NCBI GenBank assembly: GCA_030390025.1
Contig: CM059435.1
Coordinates: 49,600,001 to 49,664,000, forward strand
DNA length: 64,000 bases
Reading direction: 5' to 3'
Origin: Squalus acanthias
Taxonomy: Eukaryota
This document shows positions 35,201 through 48,699 of this stretch, one piece after another; position 1 is the first letter of the stretch, and every line of letters begins with the position of its first letter. Made by a program: the position numbers and the translations under genes. The notes beneath the pieces were generated by a model that saw nothing but the letters and a program-made list of their open reading frames with translations, was not told where the DNA came from and made no database searches.

Positions 35201-35510
35201 TTTGTACGCTCTGTCCCTTCCTGACACAATCTAGTTATCCTTACCCCAATCACTTTCCTGCACTGCTTCCTTGTCTTTTCTCTTTAGCATTCTAGATTTC
35301 TCTCCACCAGGATCCTCCCCCTCCCCCTTATTTAGTTTAAAGCCCTATCTACCTCCCTAGTTATTCGATTCACTAGAACTCTGGTCCCAGCATGGTTCAG
35401 GTGTAGTCCGTCCCAATGGAACTGCTTTCTCTTTCCCCAGTACTGGTGCCAGTGCCCCACGAATTGAAACCCACTTCTCCCACACCAACCTTTGAGCCAT
35501 GCATTCATCT
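32221..35510 (-). mobile_element. Long CR1 LINE (end of ORF1, endonuclease and RT)
   Basis: ORFs 33389-34678 (MGDFN..SDHNMI) and 32789-33355 (GVPQGSVLGP, KFADDTK); TTTCTATGTTTCT tail. Confidence 0.93.
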
Positions 35511-35639
35511 TCTGATGAAGTAATAATCAGTCAAACACACTATAAGAAATAAATTCCTAAAGGCCCATTTTATACAAGCAAGCAGGGCAAAAGGAATGAT
35601 TCGGTAAAAAAATCACTAACTTCATCATAGGACCAATTT

Positions 35640-38600
35640 GTATGGAATCAATTTGGGACCTCAACTGAAGTTAACAGAAGCTGCCTGCCTGTGGTAGTTA
35701 ACTGTCAGTCAGCTGTAAGTGTTTGTCTTGAATAGGTGCTAATCAGCAGGAGCAAAGGAGCTGAGTTAACACTTGTAAATTGGGTGGGGCTCCTAGAGTA
35801 TAAGAGTAAACAGGTCTGCAATACACAGAGTTGGATTAAAATGGTGTGTACTTAAACATAGTGTTTTATTTGGGAATTTGGAAAGAGTGGGAATTCAGAG
35901 AAGAGGGGGAAGGAGTTGTTGCGTTTTGCCTACACTACTTGTAGTGCTTTCTGTTACTGGTAGATATTTAATTTCAGTACCCATAACTTAATCTAGATCA
36001 AGTAAGTAGTCAAGAAGCTACACTGTAAACTAAGTTCCCTAATTATAAATTTAATTTAATAAAACAAGGTCATATAGGGATGGCAGTGCAGATGGTGTGC
36101 CGCAACTACAGCATGTGGGAGCTTGTGGAGAGCATTGTGATCCCAGACAACCACGTTTGCATCTTGAGAAACTTCAGCACAGAGTTTTTGAGCTGGAGTC
36201 TGAGGTGCAGACATTGCAGGGCATATGGGATGGGGAGAGGTACCTGGACACTTTGATCTAGGAGGCAGTCACATCCCATAGGTTAGGTAGTGGTACAGGT
36301 CTGGTTAGTGGTCAGGGACAGGAGGGTGTGACTGCAACTCAGGCAGGTAAGGGGACCCCAGGTGCAGTGCTGGAGGAGCCTCAGCCTTTGCCCTTGTCCA
36401 ACAGGTATGAGGTTCTTGCTGCCTGTGTGGATGAGGGAAAAGCCTGCAGGATGAATGCGCAAGCTGACCATGGCACCATGGTGCAGGAGGCCATTCAAGT
36501 GGGGGGAGTGAAAGGGAATGTAGTTGTGGTAGGGGACGGTATAGTCAGGGGGATAGATACTGTTCTCTGCAGCCACGACCGAGAGTTCCAAAGGTTGCGG
36601 TGCCACGGTTAAAGACATCTCTTCATGGCTGGAGGAGAACTTGGAGTGGGAGGGGGAGGATCCAGTTGTCATGGTCGATGTAGAAACCAATGACATAGGT
36701 AGAACTAGGAATGAGGTTCTGCTGAGGGAGTTTGAGGAGCTAGGATCCAAATTAAAAAGCAGATCTAGTATTGTGCAACGAGAAAGGGATAATTAATAAC
36801 CTGTAGTAAAGGGGCCTTCAGGGAAGAGTGTGAGCATAATATGATAGAATTTTATATTCAGTTTGAAAGTGACTTAGTTAAATCTGAAACTAGGGTCTTA
36901 AATTTAAACAAAGCAAACTACAAACGTATGAGGGGTGAGTTGGTTAAGGTAGATTGGGAAACTGCATTAAAAGGTATGATGATAGACAAGCAATGGCTAG
37001 CATTTAAAGAATTAATACATAATTTACAACAAATATACATTCCTTTAAGGCACAAAAAACCCCACAGGAAAAGTGGTCCAACCGTGGCTAACAAGAGAAG
37101 TTAAAGATAGTATTAGATCAAAGGAAGAGGCTTATAGTGTTGCCAAAAAGAATAGTATGCCTAAGGATTGGGAGGATTTTAGAATTCAGAAAAGGAGGAC
37201 CAAGAAATTGATAAAGAAAGGGAAAATAGAATATGAGAGTAAACTAGCGAGAGACATAAAAACAGACTGTAAAAGCTTCCATAGGTATGTAACAAGGAAA
37301 AGATTAACGAAAGTAAATGTGGGTCCCTTACAGGCTGAGACAGGAGAAATTATAATTGGGAATAAGGAAATGGCAGAGAAATTAAACAAATACTGTGTGT
37401 ATGTCTTCATGGAAGAAGACGCAAAACACTTCCTGGAAATATTGGAGCTGAAAGAAATTAGTATTAGTAAAAAAAATAGTACTGGAGAAATTAATGGGAC
37501 TGAAAGCCAATAAATCCCTTGAACCTGATGGTTTTGAAAGAGGTGGCTATAGAGTTAGTGGATGCAATGGTATTAATTTTCCAAAATTCCATAGATTCTA
37601 GAACTGTTCCCATGGATTGGAAGGTAGCAAATGTAACCCCAATATTTAAGAAAGGAGGGAGAGAGAAAACAGGGAACTACAGACCAGTTAGCCTGACATC
37701 AGTAGTATGGAAAATGCTAGAATCTATTATTAAGGACGAGGTAACAGGGCACTTAGAAAATAATAATAGGATTGGGCAGAGTCAACACGATTTATGAAAG
37801 GGAAGTCATGTTTGACAAATCTGTTAGAATTTTTTGAGGTTGTAACTAACAGAATAGATAAGGAGGAACCAGTGGATGTGGTGTATTTGGATTTTCAGAA
37901 GGCATTCGATAAGGTGCCACACAAGAGGTTATTAAACAAAATTAGGGCTCATGGGATTGGGGGTAATATACTAGCATGGATTGAGGATTAGTTAACGGAC
38001 ATAAAACAGAGAGTAGGAATAAACGGGTCATTTTGGGTTGGCAGGCTATAACTAGTGGGGTACTGCAAGGCTCAGTGCTTGGGCCTCAGCTATTCACAAT
38101 CTATATCATCGATTTGGATGAGGGGACCAAATGTAATATATCCAAGTTTGCTGATGATACAAAGCTGGGTGGGAATGTAAGTTGTGAGGAGGATGCAAAG
38201 AGGCTTCAAGGGGATATAGACAAGCTAAGTGAATGGGCAAAAACATGGCAAATGGAATATAATGGGGAGAAATGGGAAGTTGTCCACTTTGGTAGGAAAA
38301 ATAGAAAAGCAGAGTATTTTTTAAATAATGAGAGATTGGGGAATGTTGGTGTTCAGAGGGACCTGGGTGTCCTTGTACACAAATCACTGAAAGTTAACAT
38401 GCAGGTACAGCAAGCAATTAGGAAAGTAAATGGTATGTTGGCCTTTATTACAAGAGGATTTGAGTACAAGAGTAAAGACGTCTTACTGCAATTATATTGG
38501 GCCCTGGTGAGACCACAGCTGGAGTATTGTGTACAGTTTTGGTCTCCTTACCTAAGGAAGGATAAACTTACGATAGAAGGAGTGCAACAAAGGTTCACCA

Positions 38601-39075
38601 GACTGATTCCTGGGATGGGGGGTTTGTCCTACTAGGAGAGATTGAGTAGACTCGGCCTATATTCTCTCGAGTTTAGAAGAATGAGAGGTGATCTCATTGA
38701 AACATACAAAATTCTTACAGGGTTTGACAGGGTAGATGCAGGGAGGATGTTTCCCCTGGCTGGGGAGTCTGGAACCAAGGGTCAGTCTCAGAATAAGTAG
38801 TCGGCCAATTAAGGCTGAGATGAGGAGAAATTTCTTCATTCAGAGGGTGGTGAATCTTTGGAACTCTCAAACCCAGAGGGCTGTGTAGGCTCAGTCGTTG
38901 AGTATATTCAAGACAGAGATTGATAGATTTTTGGATATTAAGGGAATCAAGGGATATGGGGATAGTGCAGGAAAGTGGAGTTGAGGTAGAAGATCAGCCA
39001 TGATCTCATTAAATGGCGGAGCAGGCTCGAGGGGCCAAATGGCCTACTCCAGCTCCTATTTCTTATGTTCTTATG
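35640..39075 (+). mobile_element. Near-full-length CR1 LINE with ORF1 (esterase-like) and an internal deletion at about 36765
   Basis: ORF1 remnants (PLPLSNRYEVL, VVVGDGIVRGID); ORF2 RT ORFs 37073-38635; TTCTTATG tail. 5' boundary approximate. Confidence 0.88.
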
Positions 39076-39180
39076 GTTCAAGAAGGCGGCTCACCACCAC
39101 CTTCTCAAGGGCAACTAGGGATGGGCAATAAATGCTGGCCTTGCCAGTGACACCTGTATCCTGAGAATGAATTTAAAAAA
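39076..39180 (+). mobile_element. 3' tail fragment shared with the SINE at 40140-41106
   Basis: TTCAAGAAGGCGGCTCACCACCACCTTCTC..GGGATGGGCAATAAATGCTGG followed by an A tail. A minus-strand copy lies at about 49210-49280. Confidence 0.7.
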
Positions 39181-40139
39181 CCTCTCAGAAATCTAACAAT
39201 TTAAACTTAAAATGGTGGAAACGGGTTCATTTTCAGCTACGTTAAGAGAAAAGTATTTTTAATGCCGAACCTTACTAAATATGTAAATTACGTTGTTTGT
39301 ACTGGCCAGTGCCTGCTATCCATGTGTCCATTACTTGTGATTTGTGTGTGCCTCTTGACTCATGAAAACCGTCAGCAATTTTCATGAGCAAAACAACCAA
39401 GAAACAGCTGCCATTTATAGATGTGTCCAAAAGTCCAATATCCATTGCGTCTTTGATTGGCACCCACAAAACACATACAGTGTTTGGCATTATAGGTTTG
39501 CAAATTGGCGTTGAAAGTTACCAAACAAGCCAGCAGTGCACAAAAGGACTGTAACTGCTGGTGGACCTCCATTGCAGACATTGCTGCAAGTGCGTTTAAT
39601 GCAGAAAACAAGCAGTAGAAAATTTCAATCAGAAACCACAAAATGATCAAACGGCCAGTTTGCTGTGAATAAGCTGGTTTCACACAGTCTGCAAAGGACT
39701 CTTCACAATACTGAGGTGTTTTCTTGCATTGTCAAAAATTTCAATGACCTAAATTTACTGCCAATTTTGATATTTGTTTTTAATTTGCCACACCTGAATG
39801 GAAAAAGCAACACAGAGTAGCAGCACATTGCGTACTGCGCTGTGCTGTAATGTACTGTGACTAATTACTGTGGTCAAAGCTTTCTACACTCTTAATGTTT
39901 GGAAACATATCCTTCCTATCTCAGATTGCAGATGCCGGTTATCACCTCACAGATGCAGAGATACTGACAGAAATCGAACCCCGCACAGCAGCATAGCACA
40001 GTGCTGAAACTGAGACCAGTGCCCAAGTTCAGAAGGAGGCATTTTTAAGGAGGAAAATTGTAAAAGGTTTCAAACATCAGCCAGCAACAGACAATAGCCT
40101 TGAAAACAGGCCCGATGCTCAGTGCACTTTAACCTCTGT

Positions 40140-41106
40140 GGAGAACGGTAGCATATTGGACTAGTAATCCGGAGTCCTGGACTAATTGATCCGGAGACGT
40201 GAGTTCAAATCCCACCACAGCAGCGGGGGGAATTTAAATTCAGTTAATTAAATAAATCTGGGATAAAAAGCTAGTATCAGCAATGGTGAACATGAAACTA
40301 CCGGATTGTTGTAAAACCATCCAGTTCACCGGAAAGCTGCCATCCTTATCTGAGGAAGGAGGTTCTCCTTATCTGAGGAAGGATGTTCTTGCCATGGAAG
40401 GAGTTCAGCGAAGATTCACCAGGCTGATACCTGGGATGGCAGGAATGACGTATGAGGAGAGATTGGGTCGATTGGGCTTATACTCGCTGGAGTTTAGAAG
40501 AATGAGAGGGGATCTCATTGAAACTTATAAAATTCTGAAAGGACTGGACAGACTAGATGCAGGAAGGATGTTCCCGATGGTCGGGGAGTCCAGAACCAGG
40601 GGTCACAGTCTAAAGATAAGGGGTAAGCCATTTAGGACAGAAATGAGGAGGAATTTCTTCACCCAGAGAGTGGTGAACCTGTGGAATTCTCTACCACAGA
40701 AGGCAGTAGAGGCCAATTCATTAAATAGATTCAAGAAGGAGTTGGATATATTTCTTAAGGCTAAAGGGATCAAGGGATATGGGGAGAAAGCAGGGACAGG
40801 GTTCTGAATTTGGATGATCAGCCATGATCTCATTGAATGGCGGAGCAGGCTAGAGGGGCCGAATGGCCTACTCCTGCTCCTATCTTCTATGTTTCTATGT
40901 TTACCCAGTCTAGCCTTTAAGTGACTTCAGACCCACAGCAATGTGGCTGACTCTTAACTTCCCTCTGAAATGGCCGAGCAAGCCACTCAGTTGTATTCAA
41001 GAAGGCGGCTCACCACCACCTTCTCGAGGGCAATTAGGGATGGGCAATAAATGCTGGCCTTCCAAAGTTGCAGGCAATGTCCACATCCCGTGAATAAAAA
41101 AAAAAG
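40140..41106 (+). mobile_element. tRNA-derived SINE interrupted by a CR1 3' fragment
   Basis: Head with GAGTTCAAATCCC B-box. Body resumes at about 40903 and ends in AATAAAAAAAAAA. Confidence 0.75.
40345..40902 (+). mobile_element. Young CR1 3' fragment
   Basis: Open ORF2 C-terminus (SPYLRKDVLAMEGVQRRFTR..) and CTATGTTTCTATGTT tail. Confidence 0.9.
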
Positions 41107-41256
41107 GTCCCCATCAAGCCAGGGCTCCCCACAACCACAGGATCCACAGATGCTTTATGTTGGCTCTAAAAACTGTTCTCTGTCACAACCAAAGTAGGGA
41201 CCGTATTTTGAGCAATAAGAAAAATGGTTTGCTAATTAGTGGCTTCAACAAACCTG

Positions 41257-41961
41257 GGCCCGGATATTCCGATCCCTATGGGTGTGTACGTGCTGTGTAC
41301 CCACCCGTAGGGACATCGGAAATGCCGGTTTCAGGCATGCACAGCGCATGTGCTGAAAACTGGTATTTCTGATCTGTCCGGGCTTTCTGGAGCCCCTCCG
41401 CCTGCACAACACCTGAAGAATTCTTACGCCTGGTAAAAGCAGGTGTAAGGCTTGCTTTTACCAGGATAAGAGTTGAAAAAAGTAAAAAAAAATTCCAGTC
41501 ATTTTCCAGTCATTTATCATTTAAAAATACTTTAAAAAAGGTAAGTTTATTTTTAGCCCCTGTAAAAAACTTTAATTATTTTTTTCAAAAAATTAATTTT
41601 TGTTTAATATATTTAATTTATTGTAATTTCAACTAATTTAAAAATGTGATGTATTTTTAAAATGTATTTAATGTTTTAAAGTGTTTTTGGAGTGATCTCC
41701 ATTCATATATTTGACAGGTCTATCTGTCAAGTGTATGAAGGGAGATTCCCTTCTTTGATTGGCTCCCCATGGCCCACGTGATCACAGGGATGCTGTGAAC
41801 TGCCTGTGTCTCTGAGATACGTGGGCCCTGCGCACTTGGAGTTTGGAGAGGCCCAGGATCGGAACTATATGCACCTCGGGAGCCCTCAGGTAAGTGCGCA
41901 GATTTTTTTCCAGATCGGAGGCCTCCGTACGCGGGAAGCCTCCGATCGGAAAATACGGCCC
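41257..41961. mobile_element. Harbinger-type MITE (same family as 7241-7923, opposite orientation)
   Basis: TIRs GGCCCGGATATTCCGATC / GATCGGAAAATACGGCCC; probable CTG TSD (boundary uncertain by 1 bp). Confidence 0.88.
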
Positions 41962-42954
41962 CTGGTGTTTACAATGATAATGAACTGTGCGTAAAAGCAG
42001 CTTCTGGTCAGCACAGTATGTCTAATCTCATCACTGTTTGCAGCAATAACCCAGAGCTTTCTGCTTTGAGTTGTAAATGCTTTCTTGTAACAAATCAGTG
42101 CAGGTAAAAAAGAAAAAGTCTGCAAATATTGGAAGACAGATAATGCTGGAAATACACGGCATTGCCCATCATTCTCACGGGCCATTCTCTGCCCATGACC
42201 GTTGAAAACTCCAGGGCCAAATATTTCTGGCCCCCTGAGCAAAGGGAGGCAATCTACAAAAATTCTTTAAATAAAATCTTTCTGAGTACCCACGGGTGTC
42301 CCAACACCTCTCTTGCCTGGACCCCACTGGTGCAGTAACTACTTAAGAATAGGATAGGTAGGTGGAAAGGGGAATAAAAGGGATATGGACCAGGACGGGC
42401 AAATGGGATTAGGACTACTTGCTTGTGTGGAGGATAAACACCAACACTGTCTACTTGGGTTGAATGGCCTGTTTCCACGTTGTAAATTCTATGTAATTCA
42501 ATGAGTGGGAGCCACACAAGCTGTGGCCATTCTGAAGGTGTGGAGTGACTGAAAAGGTGACCATTGAAGGTGAGCCCTCAACAGGAAGAAAGTGAGCAGA
42601 CCGTGCCCACAAAGGCCAGCAAACGGGCTTAGAAGAGAAGCTGGCCCGGAACTGTGGAGCAGCGGGTTTGCTGGTCGGAGGGAGAGAGACAGTCCTCGGG
42701 TGTGGGAGCAGTGGAACTCAAGGCCGTCAGAGCATGTGGAGAGTAGAGGCCCACCCTGGGCCAATACTGGAAAGAACACTGGAAGAAACGTTTAAAACCT
42801 AAAGGGAATAAAATGTAAAATTAAAAGCAGGAAATATGTCTGAATTCACCTCAGACAACATTTCACTGGAGCTTTGACGCAACATTCAGTAAGTTGCTAA
42901 ACAGTGTCACCTGGTGGGCAGAGCCTGAAACTGCACGTTGGACATGTTTTATTT

Positions 42955-43078
42955 TAGGGGATGAAACGTTGACTCTGTTTCTCTCTCCACGGATGCTGCC
43001 TGTCCTGCTGAGTGTTTCCAGCATTTTCTGTTGTTATTTCAGATTTCCAGCATCCACAGTATTTTGCTTTTGTGTTTA
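42955..43078 (+). mobile_element. Penelope-derived terminal fragment
   Basis: GAAACGTTGACTCTGTTTCTCTCTCCACGGATGCTGCC..GATTTCCAGCATC; related to 62485-62580 (-) and 13460-13530. Confidence 0.55.
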
Positions 43079-43802
43079 TTTTCGGGGAATTGCACCACAG
43101 GCAGAACGTGATGGATGTGCACGAATCGAGGAAAGCCCTATTACAGCATCACCTGTGGGCAATTATAAACATAACATTTAACAGGCAAAAGTCAATAGCA
43201 AGCTTTTACAGGTGACAGAACATGCTGATTTTAGTAATATAAAAGACATAGATGAATATTTATTTTGATGTTTTCCCCTCATAACAGAAACAATATGGGA
43301 GCCACATCCAGCAAAGCAAGAGCAACTGATTATAAAAAAGGCTCAATTGTGGGGAGATGGGAGGAGAGCAGAATACCTCAGAGTCCGCTGCTTAGCAAAT
43401 ACCGGAGACACGTACTGGGCAGAAAATGTGGACAGTGAGGACAATGGAGAATGCAATGGTGGGCATCATAGTTTGGGGGGGGGGGAATTGATGTAGGGGG
43501 ATGGGATGTTGTGAGGATGACCCTGTTTTAGGGATGTGTGTGTGTGTGGATTGTATTGAGTCTGTTTGTGAAGCCTGTTTGTTGTCACTGTGTTATTGTG
43601 TGCAGAGCCACAGAAGAATGGTGAATGTATCAAAGTGCACTTGCACGTTTTTGTAAATTGTCGAGTGCTTTTGGTGTAAAATACTCCAGCTGAGTAAATA
43701 TTAAAGCTAACATCACTTACCTTAGAGGGGAATTAGAAGTGTAATGCACTGTTAACAATACGAAACTTGGGGCCACATCAACTTCATCGCACATCATTTA
43801 TC

Positions 43803-44205
43803 AACAACAGCAACTTGCATTTATATAGCACCTGGGAGTTTTAACTGTTCATACAATTGGCTAGCTCCTTTCACAACCTCAGGACATCCCAAAGCGCTTT
43901 ACAGCCAATGAAATACTTTTTGAAGTGTACTGTTGTAATGTCGGAAACGCAACAGCCAATTTGCACACAGCGAGTCCCACAAATAGCAATGTGAAAATGA
44001 CCAGATCATCTGCTTTTAGGTGTTGGTTGAGGGATATTAATTGGCCAGGACAGCGGGGAGAACTCCCCTGCTCTTCTTTGAATATGATGCCATGGGATCT
44101 TTAACGTCCACCTGAGAGGGCAGACAGGGCCTCGGTTTAACATTTCATCAAAATGATGGCATCTTTGACAATGCAGCACTCCCTCAGTACTGCACCAGGC
44201 TGTCA
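43803..44205 (-). mobile_element. Deu-domain SINE (SacSINE1/AmnSINE-like) with L2-like tail
   Basis: Reverse complement of GTGCAGTACTGAGGGAGTGCTGCA.., homologous to 49660-49845 and 56467-56870. Confidence 0.7.
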
Positions 44206-44414
44206 TTAATAAACAATTAACTTTTTCTCTCCTTTAAAAGTACCCCGGTTGTTGACAGCAGCCTTTGCTTTAACCCAAGGTATTCAGTGTTTAAAACATT
44301 TACATTAAACAGCGGAACGTAACCAAGGGCTACATATCATTGTTTCAAAACTGTCAACAAGAACAATTTCATTGTATTGCATCATGAGGCACTTTCATTA
44401 TCCAGGGTATTTCC

Positions 44415-47400
44415 AGACCCCTCATGATTTTGAACACCTCTATCAAATCTCCTCTCTATCTTCTCTGCTCCAAGGAGAACAACCACAGCTTCTCCAGTCT
44501 ATCCATTTAACTGAAGTCCCTCATCCCTGGAATCATTCTCGTAAATCTTTTCTGCACCCTCTCTAAGGCCTTCACATCCTTCCTAAAGTGCGGTGCCCAG
44601 AATTGGACACAATACTCCAGTTGAGACCGAACCACTGTTTTATACAGGTTCATCATAATTTCCATGCTTTTGTACTCTATACCTCTATTCGTGAAGCCCA
44701 GGATCCTGTAAGCTTTTTTAACTGCTTTCTCAACCTGCCCTGCCACCTTCAACGATTTGTGCACATATATCCCTAGGTCTCTCTGTTCATGCACCCCCTT
44801 TAGGATTGTACCCTTTAGTTTATATTTCCTCTCTTCATTCTTTCTACCAAAATGTATCACTTCACACTTTTCTGCGTTAAATTTCATCTGCCACATGTCC
44901 GCCCATTTCACCAGCCTGTCTATGTCTTCCTGAAGTCTATCACTCTCCTCCTCACTGTTCACGATACTTTCAAGTTTTGTGTAATCTGCAAATTTTGAAA
45001 TTGTGCCCTGTACTCCCACATCCAAGTCATTAATATATATCAAGAAAAGCAGTGGTCCTAGAACCGACCCCTGGGGAACACCACTGTATACCTTCCTCCA
45101 GTCCGAAAAACAACCGCTCACCACCACTCTGGTTCCTGTCACTTAGCTAATTTCGTATCCATGCTGCCACCGTCCCTTTTATTCCATGGGCTTCAACTTT
45201 GTGGCACTTTGTCAAATGCCTTTTGGAAATCCATGTACATCACGTCAACCACATTGCCCTCATCAACCCTCTCTGTTACCTCATCAAAAACTCGATCAAG
45301 TTGGTTAAACACGATTTGCCTTTAACAAATCTGTGCTGGCTTTCCTTAATTAATCCACACTTGTCCAAGTGACTGTTAATTTTGTCCCTGATTATTGTTT
45401 CTAAAAGCTTCCCACTACCGAAGTTAAACTGACTGGCCTGTAGTTGCTGGGTTTATCTTTACACCTTTTTTTGAACAAGGGTGTAACATTTGCAATTCTC
45501 CAGTCCTCTGGCACCACCCCCGTTTCTAAGGAGGATTGGAAGATTATGGCCAGTACCTCTGCAATTTCTTCCTTCACTTCCCTCAGCATCCCAGAATGCA
45601 TCCCATCTGGTCCTGGTGACTTATTTACTTTAAGTACAGCCAGCCTTTCTAGTACCTCCTCTTTATCAATTTTAATCTCATCCAATATCTCCTCTACCTC
45701 CACCTTCACTAGGTCTATGGCAGCATCTTCTTTTAGCAACTCAGCCATGCCCTCTGCCTCCATGCGTAGATCTCCTTTTTGGTCCCTAATTGGCCCCACC
45801 CCTCCTCTTACTGCCGTTTACTATTTATATGCCTATGGAAGACTTTTGGATTACCTTTTATGTTAGCTGCCATTCTATTCTCATACCCTCTCTTTGCCCC
45901 CCTTATTTTCTTTTTCACTTGTCCTCTGACCTTTCTATATATGGCGTGATTCTCAGATGTATTCTCAACCTGACATCTGTCATATGCGTTCTTTTTCTGC
46001 TTCATCTTACTCTCTATCTCTTCCATCATCCAGGGAGCTCTGACTTTAGTTGCCCTACCTTTCCCCCTCGTGGGAATGTACCTTGACTGTACCTAAACTA
46101 TTTCCTCTTTAAAGGCAGCCCATTGTTCCATTACAGTTTTGCCTGCCAATCTTTGATTCCAATTTACCCTGGGCCAGATCTGTTCTCATCCCACAGAAAT
46201 TGGCCTTCTTTCAATCAAGTATTTTTACTCTAGATTGCTCACTGTCCTTTTCCATAGCTAATCTAAACCTTATGATATTATGATCACTGTTCCCTAAATG
46301 TTCACCTACTGACACTTGCTCCACTTGACCTACCTCATTCCCCAGAACCAGATCCAGCAATGCCTCCTTCCTCCTCGGGCCGGAAACATACTGATCAAGG
46401 AAGTTCTCCTGAACACACTTCAGAAATTCTTCCCCCTCTCTGCCCTTTGCACTATTATTATCCCAGTCTATATTACGATAGTTGAAGTCCCCCATTATCA
46501 CTACTCTATAGTTCTTGCACCTCTCTGTAATTTCTCTGCAAATTTGCTCTGCCATATTTTTCCCACTAGTTGGTGGCCTATAGAATACACCTAGTAGTGT
46601 AATGGCACCTCTATTATTTCTTAACTCTAGCCATATAGATTATGTCCTTGACCCCTCCAGGACATCCTCTCTCTCCAGCACTGTAACATTCTCCTTAACC
46701 AATACTGCCACACCACCTCCTATCTTTCCTGAACTCCTTATATCTAGGAATATTTAATACCCAATCCTGCCCTTTTTTGAGCCAGGTCTCCATTATTGCT
46801 GTGACGTCATATTCCCATGTGGTTTTTGCATCTGCAACTCACCAACCTTGTTTACTATGCTTTGTGCGTTCACATACATACACTGTAAACCTATCTTAGA
46901 CTGTTGGTGAAAAATTAATTCACTCGAGTCTGTCTTAAAGCAAAAGATCACAGTTTATTATTCAGAGCGCTCTGGGAGAAGGATCATAGCCTGCGGTCTC
47001 ATGACCAGCTTCTCAATTTAATAATGGCAGCCACGCTTCTTTATACACCTCAAGAAGCCAGAAAATACAAACATCAGCACAGTTATTACATCATAAGCGA
47101 CCCTTATGGTCTCTAAAAACAACTTGATCAGAATCTTATACTGTTAGCGAAACTTATCCTTTACTTCTACTTTTTGTCAACCATCTGCACTGCGAGGTTT
47201 CATTCTTAGTCTTTTCAAGGCTAGTTTATTATAAAAAAACAATAATTCACATTTTTGTTCTGCAGTGTCTGCATTAGCTATACTGCAGCCTAAGTAAGTT
47301 GGTCTTTTATCTAATTATACCCTGTCTCCATGCCTAAGGGAGATACTTTGACCTTTACTACAGTCCTTTAAGCAGTTCAACTAATCTTAAACATTACAAC

Positions 47401-48370
47401 TGATTTGCCCTTACATTATTACAATTAATTTTTTTACTCTTACAAGACCACCCTGTGTTCTCTCTTAGTCTGACCCCACCTAATACCTTACTATTTCTTA
47501 CTTTAGTGCAATCCGTCTCTCCCAATGCTTTATGCCCTTTGTTTCTCCTTTCTAGTGCTACATCCTGGTGCCCATCCCCCTGCCAAATTAGTTTAAACCC
47601 TCCCCAATAGCACTAGCAGACCTCCCCGCGAGGATATTGGTACCGGCTCTGTTGAGGTGCAACCCGTCCGGCCTGTACAGGTCCCACCTCCCCCAGAACC
47701 GGTCCCAATGCCCCAGGAATCTGAAGCCCTCCCTCCTGCACCATCTTTCCTGCCACGCATTCATCTGCTCTATCCTCCTATTTCTATACTCACTAGCACG
47801 TGGCACCGGGAGATATCCAGAGATTACTACCTTTGAGGTCCTGCTTTTTAACCTCTTATTCCTAGCTCCCTGAAATCTGCCTGCAGGACCTCATCCCTCT
47901 TTCTACCTATGTCCTTGTACCGATATGGACCACGACCTCTGGCTGCTCACCCTCCCCCCTCGGAATGTTCTACAGCCGCTTGGTGACATCCTTGACCCTG
48001 ACACCAGGGAGACAACATACCATCCTGGAGTCTCGTCTGCGGCCGCAGAAACGCCTGTCTGCTCCCCTAACTATCGAATTCCCTACCACTATTGCTTTCC
48101 CTATCTTCTTCCTCCCCCCCATGCAGCTGAGCCATCCGTGGTGCCATGGACTTGGCTCTGGCTGTACTCCCCAGAGGAACCATCGCCCTCACCAGTACTC
48201 AGAACCGAATACTGGTTGGAGAGCGAGATGCACTCAGGGGACTCCTGCATTACCTGCCTGGTCCTCTTCTTCTGTCTGGTGGTCACCCATTCCCTCTCTG
48301 CCCGCACACTCCTTAGCTGCAGGGTGACCACCTCTTGAAACGTGCTATCCACGTAGCTCTCAGCCTCACT
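44415..48370 (-). mobile_element. Long CR1 LINE (ORF1 esterase plus ORF2), interrupted by a solo LTR
   Basis: ORF1 DLYRPDGLHLNRAG (47588-47806); endonuclease VIMGDFN..SDHNII; RT ORF 44507-45142. Confidence 0.92.
46902..47444 (-). mobile_element. Solo LTR (543 bp), ERV- or Gypsy-type
   Basis: TG..CA ends with a perfect 4-bp TSD AGAC (46898-46901, 47445-47448). The minus strand has TATAAA (about 47040) followed by AATAAA (about 46955). Confidence 0.85.
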
Positions 48371-48699
48371 CAGTGGGAATAACTTTTTAGCAGAAGAAGT
48401 TAAAGATGTTCTGACTCCTGCAGGAAGTGTTTTGCTCTTCTGGCTGGGTATCCAGCAGTATCTATGCTCACAGTCTGCTAGAGTATAATTCCATTTTTGC
48501 TGCAAGTATTAAAGTACAAAATCATCCAATGTTCTGACATTTGGCTGGGGAGGGATACCCGTTTATGTTTCAATTGCAATAAATGGCCCTTGTGTTTAAC
48601 TGTGCAGAATACAAAGGACTGGTGATTGGATGCGGGTCGCAAGCATGGAAAACATTTTTTTTTAAATCAGTATATTTTTAACATGCACGTTTGACCAGA

